From the NCBI GenBank assembly GCA_027071965.1, contig JALSYJ010000049.1, forward strand, positions 1 through 63,791: a stretch of DNA of 63,791 nucleotides, read 5' to 3'. The notes beneath the pieces are model-generated. The model saw only the letters and a program-made list of their open reading frames with translations, was not told where the DNA came from and did no database searches. Below, one piece after another: positions 20,101 through 28,184 of this stretch (positions are counted from its first letter, which is position 1; every line of letters begins with the position of its first letter). Origin of the DNA: Robiginitomaculum sp. Its GTDB lineage: Bacteria > Pseudomonadota > Alphaproteobacteria > Caulobacterales > Maricaulaceae. The translations under genes and the position numbers were made by a program.

Positions 20101-21207
20101 AAAATTGGCAAATGTGCGTTCTGCTTCCGCTCCATGGATTACGGGAATAATCCGAGAATTTTTTGTCAAAAGCGCTTTAAGCATGTCGCCACTGGAAAAA
20201 ACCAAGGCCCGTTCAGAATAACCTAGTATGTTATCATCATTGATGCTGTCCAATACGACCTTGATGAACGCCAATCCCTCAATCACAGAATCTGCTACGA
20301 TCACCAGTGGAGACTTCTCAGGCTTTTTGGCCCAATTTAGAATTATTGGATCAGCAGATATAATTGCTTGATCAAACAATTGAGGGCCAAGTTCAGGCTC
20401 ACTGTCCGCTGTCCATGTTTCCCACACTTCATCCAGACAAGACACCCCATTAGTAGGCCTGCCCGTTTCGTGAGAAAACCATTCTTGTGCTGCAATTGAC
20501 TGCTCAATCCACTGTTCAAAATCGGATGCATCGTAGGCCCGTACCTCCTTCCACTCACCTTCGGCATTCTTGTCCTTTACCCAATCTGTCTTACCTGCCC
20601 AACTTTGCGGCGTCACAAAAATAAATGTCGTATCTTTTCGCTCCTTTGAGTCAGTTCCATCTGTGCGATTTTTATAATCGCTGTTCGCTTTGCCACCCAC
20701 CTTTTTTGTACATCCAAACTCCCAGCCTGATTTTCCTTTTGGAACCCAAGATGAGGCTTCAGCGGAATCCAAAAAACCATCCCAGCCAGGCTTTTCCCCA
20801 GAATCGTTGCCAGGAAAATCTATGGTAATAATTTCTCTCGAAGTAGAATGTATGAGTGTGCGAAGAAGTACTGGAAGTCGGGTTCTGGCGTTTATCGCAT
20901 TTCCCCATGCCGATATCTCACGTCCAAGAACTTGCTGATGTATGGGTGAATATGGAGTAGGTGTCATAATGGATGACGTCCGAGCGGAGAGCGCGTCGTA
21001 TTCCGCCTGCATTTTAAGCAACTTTTCCGATGATGTCCCCCAAAGTGCTTCTATCTTCTCAGCCAGTTCAGGCGAGAGTGCGGCTTTTCCGTTTAACATT
21101 CGTGACAGCGCTGGACGGCCAATTTTCAACCTCTCTGCAGCTTCAGCATTGGTCATGCCTTCAGGAATAACTTTATTTTTAATGTAAGGGCCGGGGTGTT
21201 TGTTCAT
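17146..21207 (-). CDS. 1353-aa protein: N-terminal HigA/VapI-type XRE HTH fused to a large uncharacterised body
   Basis: The N-terminus HPGPYIKNKVIPEGMTNAEAAERLKIGRPALSRMLNGKAALSPELAEKIEALWGTSSEKLLKMQAEYD matches the HigA-family antitoxin HTH. It is followed by GWDGFLD...SGWEFGCTKK...FIFVTPQSW...ASDFEQWI (possibly nuclease-like) and ~1000 aa with no P-loop or other motif I recognise. Confidence 0.8.
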   Translation of the reverse strand: MNKHPGPYIKNKVIPEGMTNAEAAERLKIGRPALSRMLNGKAALSPELAEKIEALWGTSSEKLLKMQAEYDALSARTSSIMTPTPYSPIHQQVLGREISAWGNAINARTRLPVLLRTLIHSTSREIITIDFPGNDSGEKPGWDGFLDSAEASSWVPKGKSGWEFGCTKKVGGKANSDYKNRTDGTDSKERKDTTFIFVTPQSWAGKTDWVKDKNAEGEWKEVRAYDASDFEQWIEQSIAAQEWFSHETGRPTNGVSCLDEVWETWTADSEPELGPQLFDQAIISADPIILNWAKKPEKSPLVIVADSVIEGLAFIKVVLDSINDDNILGYSERALVFSSGDMLKALLTKNSRIIPVIHGAEAERTFANFSKHLKSIIVYPRNAFPRDADISLDPLGCEAFRSALEKMGCNRDYIDRLSLESGRSLTVLRRRLSQLEAVKRPEWTTNASLARSLGKIALAGTWSAKNTSDQAIVACLADTTNYAEIEQSLNQLLMLDDAPVWSVGQYRGVISKIDSLYAIASSITAQDLNRFFDCCELVLSEDDPSLDLPKEDQWAASMYGKTREISGGLRKALAEMAVLLAVHGNNLFQQRTGIDIEAKANNLVRSLIFPLTVRVLEAHNSDLPHYAEIAPDTFLSILEDDLKSGQKSACLQVIKPEDTGIFGGHHARTGLLWALEKLAWSEKYFLRTVNVLATLSGKKLEDNLANKPINSLMAIFRAWMPQTSADLEQRKKAFDYLTKKFPEVAWEIAVEQFNNMSRMGHYSEKPKWRDYGYGHGEPVSYEERRLFVVHCLEACLNWKKYGLKHLSALIEQTDGLPNEYQARIWDKIKAWAEKATNEEKSILREKVRVTAYSRRATLRAKGDNNYPFDPAEVKAVYNCLKPDDLVWEHEWLFRDFWLLETIYDSDSEEDDYNARQALVEKQRVEALKLIFQKLGKKGIFHLTKIAGAKTLIGQLMVKALGSPSKSIAFIQDIGEENSLSDEDHDNLIIGVMCSVSEATLEEMLNLAEKELTAQQFDRFLRLAPFAPITWSKAESTPARNSAYWENVTAGWAHEDHVAQAVRHLLDHSRPLAALNLAGSRMEHIQPRKIFQILDTLTKSKEDSQDVNQMRQYHISEAFKLLDADSNISKKDLAQLEFRYLRVLENSDYGIPNLENEIVDNPAQFVEAVAYSYRRSDDGVDPDWLNVDDKIAQDYASLMFHFFNRLKTIPGSHEKGDDQTKYLIKWIKDVRQSCRELARSKPGDSEIGHLLSKAPVGEDGVWPCEPVRDALEELATDSMIEGFRVGKYNQRGVVCRGEGGDQERVLEKQYRDWATKLRSTHPVVSGVLNQMADRYLSEAKNYDTEAIVQSRIPY

Positions 21208-21469
21208 TCTAATTTTCTCCTATTTGCCGCCATTGTAACATATTGTTGAGCAATACGCAAATAATGTATTGTTACGGGATACGATTTAGTCATATTGCCA
21301 CGGGTTACGCATTGGTTATAGGCGTCTAGGAAAATTATTTGGGAATAGTTGTATGTCGCCGACCTCATAAAAACCGTCGCTTTGGTGAAGCTCACTAGAT
21401 TTACTCTAGTAATAATCTAAATAAATAGATTCAAAGTGCTGCAAAATCGGTAGCAGAAGGCGCTCTAGG

Positions 21470-21673
21470 TTATTCCCCGTCTAACCCATCCTCATACGCC
21501 AACTCTGCTATTTCACGCATGAGCCGGAGGATTTCTGCAATGTCCCCATCTGAATAATTTCCGCCGATCATGCCCAAGGCTTTGCGGGCTTGGAGCAGGG
21601 TCAAACGTGTGCCGGTTTTGGTTTTTTGTTTTTGCATAAAGCCATGATCGGTAGAGCATGGCTGGGGGCGCAA
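21470..21673 (-). CDS. Hypothetical small protein (67 aa)
   Basis: ORF only. It lies between the DUF3768 gene and the promoter region of the giant gene. Confidence 0.35.
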   Translation of the reverse strand: MRPQPCSTDHGFMQKQKTKTGTRLTLLQARKALGMIGGNYSDGDIAEILRLMREIAELAYEDGLDGE

Positions 21674-21691
21674 GGGGTTTGCCGGGCTGGT

Positions 21692-22024
21692 TTAGTATTC
21701 GTCGGCCCGCATGATCGTCAAAACCCGCCGGGTGACGTTTGGATCAGCCGTGTCGGGCGATAATCCTTTGTAAGCAGTGTCGTAGTAATCCACTTTGAAA
21801 AAGTAATTCACGCCATCCAGCGTTACCCGACCAAAATCGTGTTCACCATGGGGATCATTGTCTTCGCTGAAATCAGAAAATTCCCGGATGGCCGACAAGA
21901 CATTGGCGCGGACGCTATGGCTGAGGTTTTGCACCCCTAAAGTTAGCAGAATATCGCCGCCAATACCTTCCGTTCTAAGCGTATCATTGAGACGCGCCAC
22001 CGTGGCCGATTTAGAATTTTCCAT
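21692..22024 (-). CDS. DUF3768 domain protein (common on plasmids and integrative elements)
   Basis: FSEDNDPHGEHDFGRVTLDGVNYFFKVDYYD...SPDTADPNVTRRVLTIMRADEY matches the characteristic DUF3768 pattern. Confidence 0.8.
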   Translation of the reverse strand: MENSKSATVARLNDTLRTEGIGGDILLTLGVQNLSHSVRANVLSAIREFSDFSEDNDPHGEHDFGRVTLDGVNYFFKVDYYDTAYKGLSPDTADPNVTRRVLTIMRADEY

Positions 22025-22093
22025 GGAGGATCATATTACATAACCCCCCATTTCTGCGTCAAAATTTGTCTCCGATGTTTGCTTTTCATCGAA

Positions 22094-23173
22094 TCAATTT
22101 GTGTCAATTTGGCGTAACAACTTGTCCAATGCCGCCACGGATTTTTTCATATGATCCGGGCTGTACGGCGCATAGCGTTCGGTCATGCTAAATTCGCGAG
22201 AAGAGTGCCCCAATTGCGCCGATACATCCCACGCCGGAACGCCCTCTTTACGCATCCAGCGGGCCGCTGTGTGGCGTAAGCTGTATGGATTGACCTGCAT
22301 ATCCAATTTGACCTTGGCGCGGGTTCTGCGCCATGCGGTTCGTATCGTTGATACTTCTTTTCCGTTATAGCTGATAACCGGGCCCGTTTTTGGGTAATCC
22401 CCATTGTTCCAATAGCGCTCTTTAAGGGATGGCGGGAGCTTTACCGTCGGGCGGTGTTTCTTGTTTTGCTTTCGCCCAAGCGGATTCAGCAGGATTATAT
22501 TATTCTCAAAATCCACTTGCTCCCAAGTCATATCGGTAATCGCTTCCGGGCGCGCCGCCGTGCCCAGCATCCAGTAAATAAAATCCACCAAATGCGTTGA
22601 GGTGGCCCCTTCGGTCATTTTGCGGATTTCAGAAGGCTCCAAAGGGCGACCTTTGGGGTCGGCACTCCCCTTTTCCAGCATGGCGATATGGGGGCAACTG
22701 GTTATCTCGCCGCGCTTCCAAGATCGATTGATCGCGGCGCGACCGACGGACAAATTTCGATTGATGGTCGTGTTGACCTGCCCTCTGGCCCGGAGCCATT
22801 GATGAAAACCCTCTTGCAAGGGAACGGAGGCCAGATCGCCCACACTACTATCACCAAAAAAATCGAGCCAGTACCGGATAGCCAGACGGATGCGCTGTTC
22901 CGTTCGGATATGCTTCCCGTGGTACTCATAATAGGCGCTGAGCACACTGGCCAAGGAAACTTCGGCTGGTGCGGCTTGTTCCGGGCGTTGGTGGTTGATG
23001 AACCAAGCGGTTAAGAGCTCTTTGGCTTGCTCATAGTCCGAAGTGCCGAGCGAAGCGCGGTGGGTCCGTCTATTTTGTTTGTCGATCCAAGTGCGGTAGT
23101 AGGCCGGTGACCCACTTCGCTGGCTAAGCCAGACGTCTCCAAGTTGGAATCGTCGTTTTGAGTAGCGTGACAT
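22094..23173 (-). CDS. Tyrosine integrase
   Basis: N-terminus RFQLGDVWLSQRSGSPAYYRTWIDKQNRRTHRASLGT. The C-terminal catalytic residues lie in YSLRHTAARWM...LGHSSREFSMTERYAPY (R..H..R..Y). Confidence 0.85.
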   Translation of the reverse strand: MSRYSKRRFQLGDVWLSQRSGSPAYYRTWIDKQNRRTHRASLGTSDYEQAKELLTAWFINHQRPEQAAPAEVSLASVLSAYYEYHGKHIRTEQRIRLAIRYWLDFFGDSSVGDLASVPLQEGFHQWLRARGQVNTTINRNLSVGRAAINRSWKRGEITSCPHIAMLEKGSADPKGRPLEPSEIRKMTEGATSTHLVDFIYWMLGTAARPEAITDMTWEQVDFENNIILLNPLGRKQNKKHRPTVKLPPSLKERYWNNGDYPKTGPVISYNGKEVSTIRTAWRRTRAKVKLDMQVNPYSLRHTAARWMRKEGVPAWDVSAQLGHSSREFSMTERYAPYSPDHMKKSVAALDKLLRQIDTN

Positions 23174-23439
23174 GATTGTATTTGCGTGATGAGGTAGGTG
23201 GCAATTTGATACCCAAAATAAGCAACGCGCCTTTGTCCAAGTCGCACAAATGGGAGTTTTCCTTTTAAGCGAAGCTTTTTGAGCGTGGCCGGGTGAATCC
23301 CGATGATTTTGGCCGCTTGCGCTTCGCTATAGTGCCGGTAAAGTTGAAAACATTGGTCCATAGCGATGGCTTGCAACAGGTTTTCATTGGCCGGAATCCG
23401 ATTTTGTGCTGCCGTGGGCAGAGAAGTGTCGCCTTTCAT
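23011..23439 (-). CDS. Excisionase/MerR-like HTH protein upstream of the integrase
   Basis: YSEAQAAKIIGIHPATLKKLRLKGKLPFVRLGQRRVAYFGYQIATYL is an HTH_17/excisionase-like motif. The start is taken at the Met of MKGDTS. The ORF tail overlaps the integrase start by 163 nt, so the C-terminus is uncertain. Confidence 0.55.
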   Translation of the reverse strand: MKGDTSLPTAAQNRIPANENLLQAIAMDQCFQLYRHYSEAQAAKIIGIHPATLKKLRLKGKLPFVRLGQRRVAYFGYQIATYLITQIQSCHATQNDDSNLETSGLASEVGHRPTTALGSTNKIDGPTALRSALRTMSKPKSS

Positions 23440-23661
23440 GAGGGGTAAAGTTAATGCCCCTTGATAGTACTTGCTTTTTATATAAGCGCCACCAAAACCA
23501 CCTTGACGCTCAGGCGGTTTATGTTCTTTTTCCTTTGTGGGGCAGTCGAGCATGTTTGGTCCATTTTCGCTTGTGGACGCGGCTTAAACTATTAAAATAG
23601 CCTTGCTTTTATAAAAAGCGTCACTGGCCGCTGGCTGGTCCTACTTTACCCCCATTATTTC

Positions 23662-24420
23662 ATGAAGTTAGCCAATAATCCTTGGAACAAAGGGCGTAGT
23701 GTTGGTCCCCGTCAGGGGCTCACTTCTGAGCAAGTACGCCAAGTCCGCGCCCACCTCTCAAAACAAAAATCCAGCCATGATACTTGTCTGTTTTCGGTCG
23801 CCATTGATACCATGTTGCGGGCGTCTGATTTGATGGCTTTGCGGGTGCGCGATGTGATTTTACCCACCGGCCATATCCGTGAGACCTTCCCTTGGAAACA
23901 AAAAAAGACCTCCGGCGGCGTATCCCCTGTCCTGACACCGCAATCTCAAAAAACGCTCCGGGCTTGGCTGATAGAAAGCCAAAAACGCCCGGAGCATTTT
24001 CTGTTTACCCGCGAAAAGCCAATTGATGGCCCCCCGATCACCGTTGGATTCTATCGGCAACTGGTGAAGCGTTGGGTGAAAGCCATTGGTTTGTCACCCC
24101 ACCATTACAGCGCTCATTCCCTTCGCCGCTCCAAGGCCATTTTTATGTATGAGCGCGGGGTGTCCGTCGAGATAATCGGGCGCTTGCTCGGTCATCAAAG
24201 CCCGGCTTCCACTATTCACTATTTGGGAATTGATGAAAATGCGGCCCGCGTCTTGGCGCAAAGTCACGATATTTTTTCTGCCAAGCCAGTTCCAAAGTCC
24301 AAACCAATTCCACGATTTTCTTCTGAGGAATTGGACATTATCAGCGAGAAAATATGGGTTCGACTGGCTCAGAAACTCACCGATTTATTTGACGAAACTA
24401 GCAAAAAAGGTAGAGACTAA
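23662..24420 (+). CDS. Small tyrosine recombinase (catalytic-domain type, 252 aa)
   Basis: LRASDLMALRVRDV...YSAHSLRRSKAIFMYERGVSVEIIGRLLGHQSPASTIHYLG carries the R, H-x-x-R and Y catalytic signature. It is divergent from the 22094 integrase module. Confidence 0.8.
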   Translation: MKLANNPWNKGRSVGPRQGLTSEQVRQVRAHLSKQKSSHDTCLFSVAIDTMLRASDLMALRVRDVILPTGHIRETFPWKQKKTSGGVSPVLTPQSQKTLRAWLIESQKRPEHFLFTREKPIDGPPITVGFYRQLVKRWVKAIGLSPHHYSAHSLRRSKAIFMYERGVSVEIIGRLLGHQSPASTIHYLGIDENAARVLAQSHDIFSAKPVPKSKPIPRFSSEELDIISEKIWVRLAQKLTDLFDETSKKGRD

Positions 24421-24890
24421 TGATAACTAATCATCATTTTATGGGAAACACAGAAAACGGCTCTCAGGAAGAATTGGAGCAAAGCTGCAATGACAGCTCT
24501 CCCGGAAGCGGTTCAGAAGGGGTTTCACCCGCTGGTGGAAATGGAATTCGCAAGAAGCTCATCATGCTTGGAGCGGCTCTGGGTTTAGCCTCTTGCGGAG
24601 CGGAAGCGGCGGACAAAGCAAAATCACCCGAGCCAGTAAAAATGGCCGCTGTGGAACGAGTGGTGGCTCAGACTAGCATTCAGTGTCTAGCTTTGGGAAC
24701 TAAAGCAGAAAAAATGGATTGTTTGCGCGAACTCAATACACGAGCGGATGCTGAAATCGCTGCGATTGATAAAGCAACTGAAACAGAAAGAAAGGCCAAC
24801 GATCAGCGACGCACAATAAATGAAGTATTAAGTAACGAGGTAGAGGGGCTAAAGAAGGTTGTTGCTATGCAAGAGGAACCGACACGGTAA
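24420..24890 (+). CDS. Putative lipoprotein
   Basis: Internal signal-like segment RKKLIMLGAALGLASCGAEA with lipobox LASC. The start overlaps the recombinase stop by 1 nt. The true start may be an internal Met. Confidence 0.5.
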   Translation: MITNHHFMGNTENGSQEELEQSCNDSSPGSGSEGVSPAGGNGIRKKLIMLGAALGLASCGAEAADKAKSPEPVKMAAVERVVAQTSIQCLALGTKAEKMDCLRELNTRADAEIAAIDKATETERKANDQRRTINEVLSNEVEGLKKVVAMQEEPTR

Positions 24891-24944
24891 GGCTGGCCAA
24901 GGATTTGATCGTAATGTTGTTTTCTGTTATAATAGTGGGAAATC

Positions 24945-26450
24945 ATGTCTTTTGCAGAAACCGCTCCCGAGTTACAGGCGTCACGCGATACAGGCCGTGA
25001 GCAAGTCGAACAAGCAAAAGAGCAAACCCAAACAGAACTAGAAAGCCTCAAGCAAGATATTGTTTGGGGAGCAATCCCGCCAACCGCACAAGCTTACCTA
25101 TCAGCGCAATCCAAGCCAGCCAACCTAACTCTAGCGATTGCTGAAGCCCAAGCCCTTTTGGTCGAAGACCCGACGGCTTTAGACGATCCTGATCTAGCCC
25201 CTATGTTGCTAGACAAGTGTATCAAAGACGCTGAAACCGCCGCAAAAAGAGATGGACTTGAAACAGAAAGAGCTACTGGCCAACAGCTTGACACAACCAA
25301 TGAAGGTTTAAGTAAGGAATCTGCTGCATTACAAGAACGGATTGCCGGAAACCTAACAGGTGAGGATAAGGCGGGGCAATTGGCTGACTTGATCCAGCAG
25401 GTAAAAACGGTGCCAGACTTTCCAAAGGAAGAGCGCGAAGCGGCCTTAAAGCAATTAGGCATGATTGCCGCCACTCTCAACCAAATGACGGCTTTGGTTA
25501 GCGATCCGGAGGAAGCCAAAGCGTTTAACCTCATTATTGCCAATAGTTCGCTTGATCTATCTGGTACCACAAATGTTGCTGTATTCAGCGATGTCATGGC
25601 TCAAGTAAGTAGCTCAAGCGGTATTTCCGAAAAAACAAAGGCCAAAATCCAGTTGGAAGTGTTTGGTGTTCAGCCGATTAAAAACGCAACCGATATGTTG
25701 GACACGCTTCAGCAAGTACGAGCCAATGACGGCAAGTTCCTGAATGCCGATGGCCAGTTGGTAGATTTTAATGAAAAGAATGGTGTTCCAGTCGGACGGT
25801 TCATGGTCTACCCAGACCCGAATGATGCACAGGATTTTGTGGCTAAAGCCACGGTTGGTGGCAGAACCCTAAGTTTTCCTTTTAGCCCAAACGAAAACCC
25901 CAGTGATTTGCAGCGAGAAATGAAAGCGGCCATGATTGGGGAGATTTTGGTGCAACGAGACTTGCAAGGCGTGACCCGTGAAATTTTTGGCAGTTCTGGT
26001 TTGGCGGCTCAAGGCTATTCAAGGATAGATTTAAAACCGGAAGAAGTGGCCCGGGCAGAACGATTGTATGGGGCGTTTATGGGTTTGGGTACGATAGTTT
26101 CATCAGAGTTCCCGACGGAGGAAAACCTAAACAGTTTCAAATGGCGATTACAGGCCACCCATATTGATGGCGATGCCAAAACCAACGACAATACTGGTCG
26201 TGGCGATCTCAGTTGGCAGAAGATTGGCATGCTTGATAAGACCGGAAAACTAGACATGCAACGGGTTACAGAAGTAGGAGCATTTATGAACACAAAATCC
26301 GCCGCTTTGCCGAAGTTTGAAGAGTTAGTGGAAAAATTTGGTGACGGTGAAGACATGCCTTTGCAAGAGGAGAACGCTCCTTACGATCCCATGGCTGATT
26401 TCAAAAAAATTTCCAAACTTGTAAACAATACCTATCAAGCGGGCCAGTAA
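24945..26450 (+). CDS. Hypothetical protein (501 aa)
   Basis: Long ORF co-directional with its neighbours. It is acidic and helical in the N-terminal half. No family recognised. Confidence 0.6.
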   Translation: MSFAETAPELQASRDTGREQVEQAKEQTQTELESLKQDIVWGAIPPTAQAYLSAQSKPANLTLAIAEAQALLVEDPTALDDPDLAPMLLDKCIKDAETAAKRDGLETERATGQQLDTTNEGLSKESAALQERIAGNLTGEDKAGQLADLIQQVKTVPDFPKEEREAALKQLGMIAATLNQMTALVSDPEEAKAFNLIIANSSLDLSGTTNVAVFSDVMAQVSSSSGISEKTKAKIQLEVFGVQPIKNATDMLDTLQQVRANDGKFLNADGQLVDFNEKNGVPVGRFMVYPDPNDAQDFVAKATVGGRTLSFPFSPNENPSDLQREMKAAMIGEILVQRDLQGVTREIFGSSGLAAQGYSRIDLKPEEVARAERLYGAFMGLGTIVSSEFPTEENLNSFKWRLQATHIDGDAKTNDNTGRGDLSWQKIGMLDKTGKLDMQRVTEVGAFMNTKSAALPKFEELVEKFGDGEDMPLQEENAPYDPMADFKKISKLVNNTYQAGQ

Positions 26451-26501
26451 GGACGGATAAGTTTATTTGGCCGCCGAATGAAGCTGAGTATCATGTTTTA
26501 G

Positions 26502-27596
26502 ATGCTTCCTTTTAATGACCCTCAACAACCAAAAAAGAACATCACTTTGAGCGACGAGCAGGCGCAAAGAATGATGGAAATTTATAGCCATTACAGCGAA
26601 GCCATCCGGCCACCTGAATTAAAACTTAGTTCTAGTGATGCTTTGGATGACCCAGTAATTGATTATGCTTGTGTTTTTGCGTGTTGGACACGGCGAGCCC
26701 CTCGCTATCACCCCCTGTTTAGTACCCCGAATGAATGCCTAAAGGATGTCGAGTTTATGGGGTTTGATCCGCACAATTGGCCGGTCGTGACGTTCGGCCT
26801 TGATGGCCATCGCGATAACCTCATTAAGAAATCAAGCGCCGGTGATGCCATCGTGTTTGTGGGTACGCAGGGAGAACCAACCACTGAAAAAGATCAGGGC
26901 CGGTTATTGGGTGTTGCGCAGTTTGGTCGTGACCCGGTGGATACGCTCGAAATCATTCCAGAAGAAGTTCTTCGCCCGGAACAATATGATGAGCGCGGGG
27001 GCTTCCTTTGGCCCAAAGCCTTGATCATGACTCGCGTGTGGGAATTCACCGACGCCCCCAAACCGCTGTTGCTGGACGTGCTGGAAGAACAGCTCACCTA
27101 TCAAGCGACCATTCAGGCAGTGGAGCTGAATAAGCGTGACACGCAGGCCGTTTTTGATCTACCTGCCAAGGAAATTGCGCTGCCCGAAAACAAGGTGTTG
27201 GCCCACTACCACCGTTTGAACATTGCCTTGACCGGTGGCAAGCCAACCAAGGGCGTTGTTCCCTCTGCGTGGTCGGGAAAGGCAGGGCGAACGCTTGGCA
27301 ATGAAAGCGTCACCTATGCCTTGCGCTTTGGGACCACCAATTGTTGGAAAGTTGGCCACACCACCGACTTTAAGCGGCGGCTTGGTGAGATCAACAAGCA
27401 CATCCCAACAGAAGTTTTGAATGCCGAATGGAAACCTTTCATGCAGCAAAAATGGCCCGACGAAAACATGGCTTTTGATATGGAACAACGGGTGCTCAAC
27501 ACGCTGGATAAGTACCGCTCCATTGGCGAACGCATCACATGCACACAAGCAGAACTTGAAAGTGCATGGATAAAGGCTCTACATAGTAGAAAGTAA
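26502..27596 (+). CDS. T5orf172 / MUG113 (GIY-YIG-superfamily) domain protein
   Basis: The C-terminal third, VTYALRFGTTNCWKVGHTTDFKRRLGEINKHIP...AFDMEQRVLNTLDKYRSIGERITC, fits the T5orf172 pattern (KIG.T.d...R...l......E..lH..l...r..gE.F). The N-terminal 250 aa are unassigned. Confidence 0.6.
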   Translation: MLPFNDPQQPKKNITLSDEQAQRMMEIYSHYSEAIRPPELKLSSSDALDDPVIDYACVFACWTRRAPRYHPLFSTPNECLKDVEFMGFDPHNWPVVTFGLDGHRDNLIKKSSAGDAIVFVGTQGEPTTEKDQGRLLGVAQFGRDPVDTLEIIPEEVLRPEQYDERGGFLWPKALIMTRVWEFTDAPKPLLLDVLEEQLTYQATIQAVELNKRDTQAVFDLPAKEIALPENKVLAHYHRLNIALTGGKPTKGVVPSAWSGKAGRTLGNESVTYALRFGTTNCWKVGHTTDFKRRLGEINKHIPTEVLNAEWKPFMQQKWPDENMAFDMEQRVLNTLDKYRSIGERITCTQAELESAWIKALHSRK

Positions 27597-27620
27597 CATA
27601 GATGAATCGTAGTTATATGA

Positions 27621-28151
27621 GTGCATATGCCCAATCTTAAAGGTCCAAAATTTGTTCAATACTTCCAACCTGTCATAAACGGGCTGCGTGATCTTGGTTC
27701 TTCTGCCAAGCCCAAAGAAGTGTATGGCTGGATTGCTGAACATCACGACATTCCCAAAGCGGAAATCGAGGGCACAACGAAGGGCGGGCAATCCAAGTTT
27801 GAGAATAAAGTTGGGTGGGCGCGGTTTTATTTGGCCAAGGCCGGATTGATCGACACAGAACAACGCGGCGTGTGGGTGCTAACCGAACAAGGGCGCAAGG
27901 CTAATCTTTCGCATGATGACGCCTATCAGATGTTCCGCAAAATTCATGATGGCTTCCCCAAGCCAGATAAACAAACCGGCAAGCCCGAGCGGGCGGAACC
28001 CGTTGCCGATGAAGACGCCAGAGAAAACACAACAGCTATCGAACTTGTCGATATCGACCGGTTGTTGGAATTATTGATTGATGAAGGCTTGGGCGTGCCG
28101 GAAACCAAAGCGCTTACAATTGAACACGGATTTTTTGAACCGTATATGTGA
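27621..28151 (+). CDS. Stand-alone Mrr_N-type winged-helix protein (no Mrr catalytic domain)
   Basis: FVQYFQPVINGLRDLGSSAKPKEVYGWIAEH...GGQSKFENKVGWARFYLAKAGLIDTEQRGVWVLTEQG matches the Mrr N-terminal winged-helix pattern. The protein ends after a short acidic tail. Confidence 0.65.
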   Translation: MHMPNLKGPKFVQYFQPVINGLRDLGSSAKPKEVYGWIAEHHDIPKAEIEGTTKGGQSKFENKVGWARFYLAKAGLIDTEQRGVWVLTEQGRKANLSHDDAYQMFRKIHDGFPKPDKQTGKPERAEPVADEDARENTTAIELVDIDRLLELLIDEGLGVPETKALTIEHGFFEPYM

Positions 28152-28184
28152 TTAGGGCGTGCGGAACTTATAGAGGTAGCAACC

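Noticed and set aside
21204-21395. 63-aa ORF overlapping the start of the 1353-aa HTH protein, considered as a HigB-like toxin partner
   Set aside because: The sequence has no RelE/HigB-like features. It lies in the AT-rich promoter region, and such ORFs arise easily there. I treat the giant gene as lacking a toxin partner.
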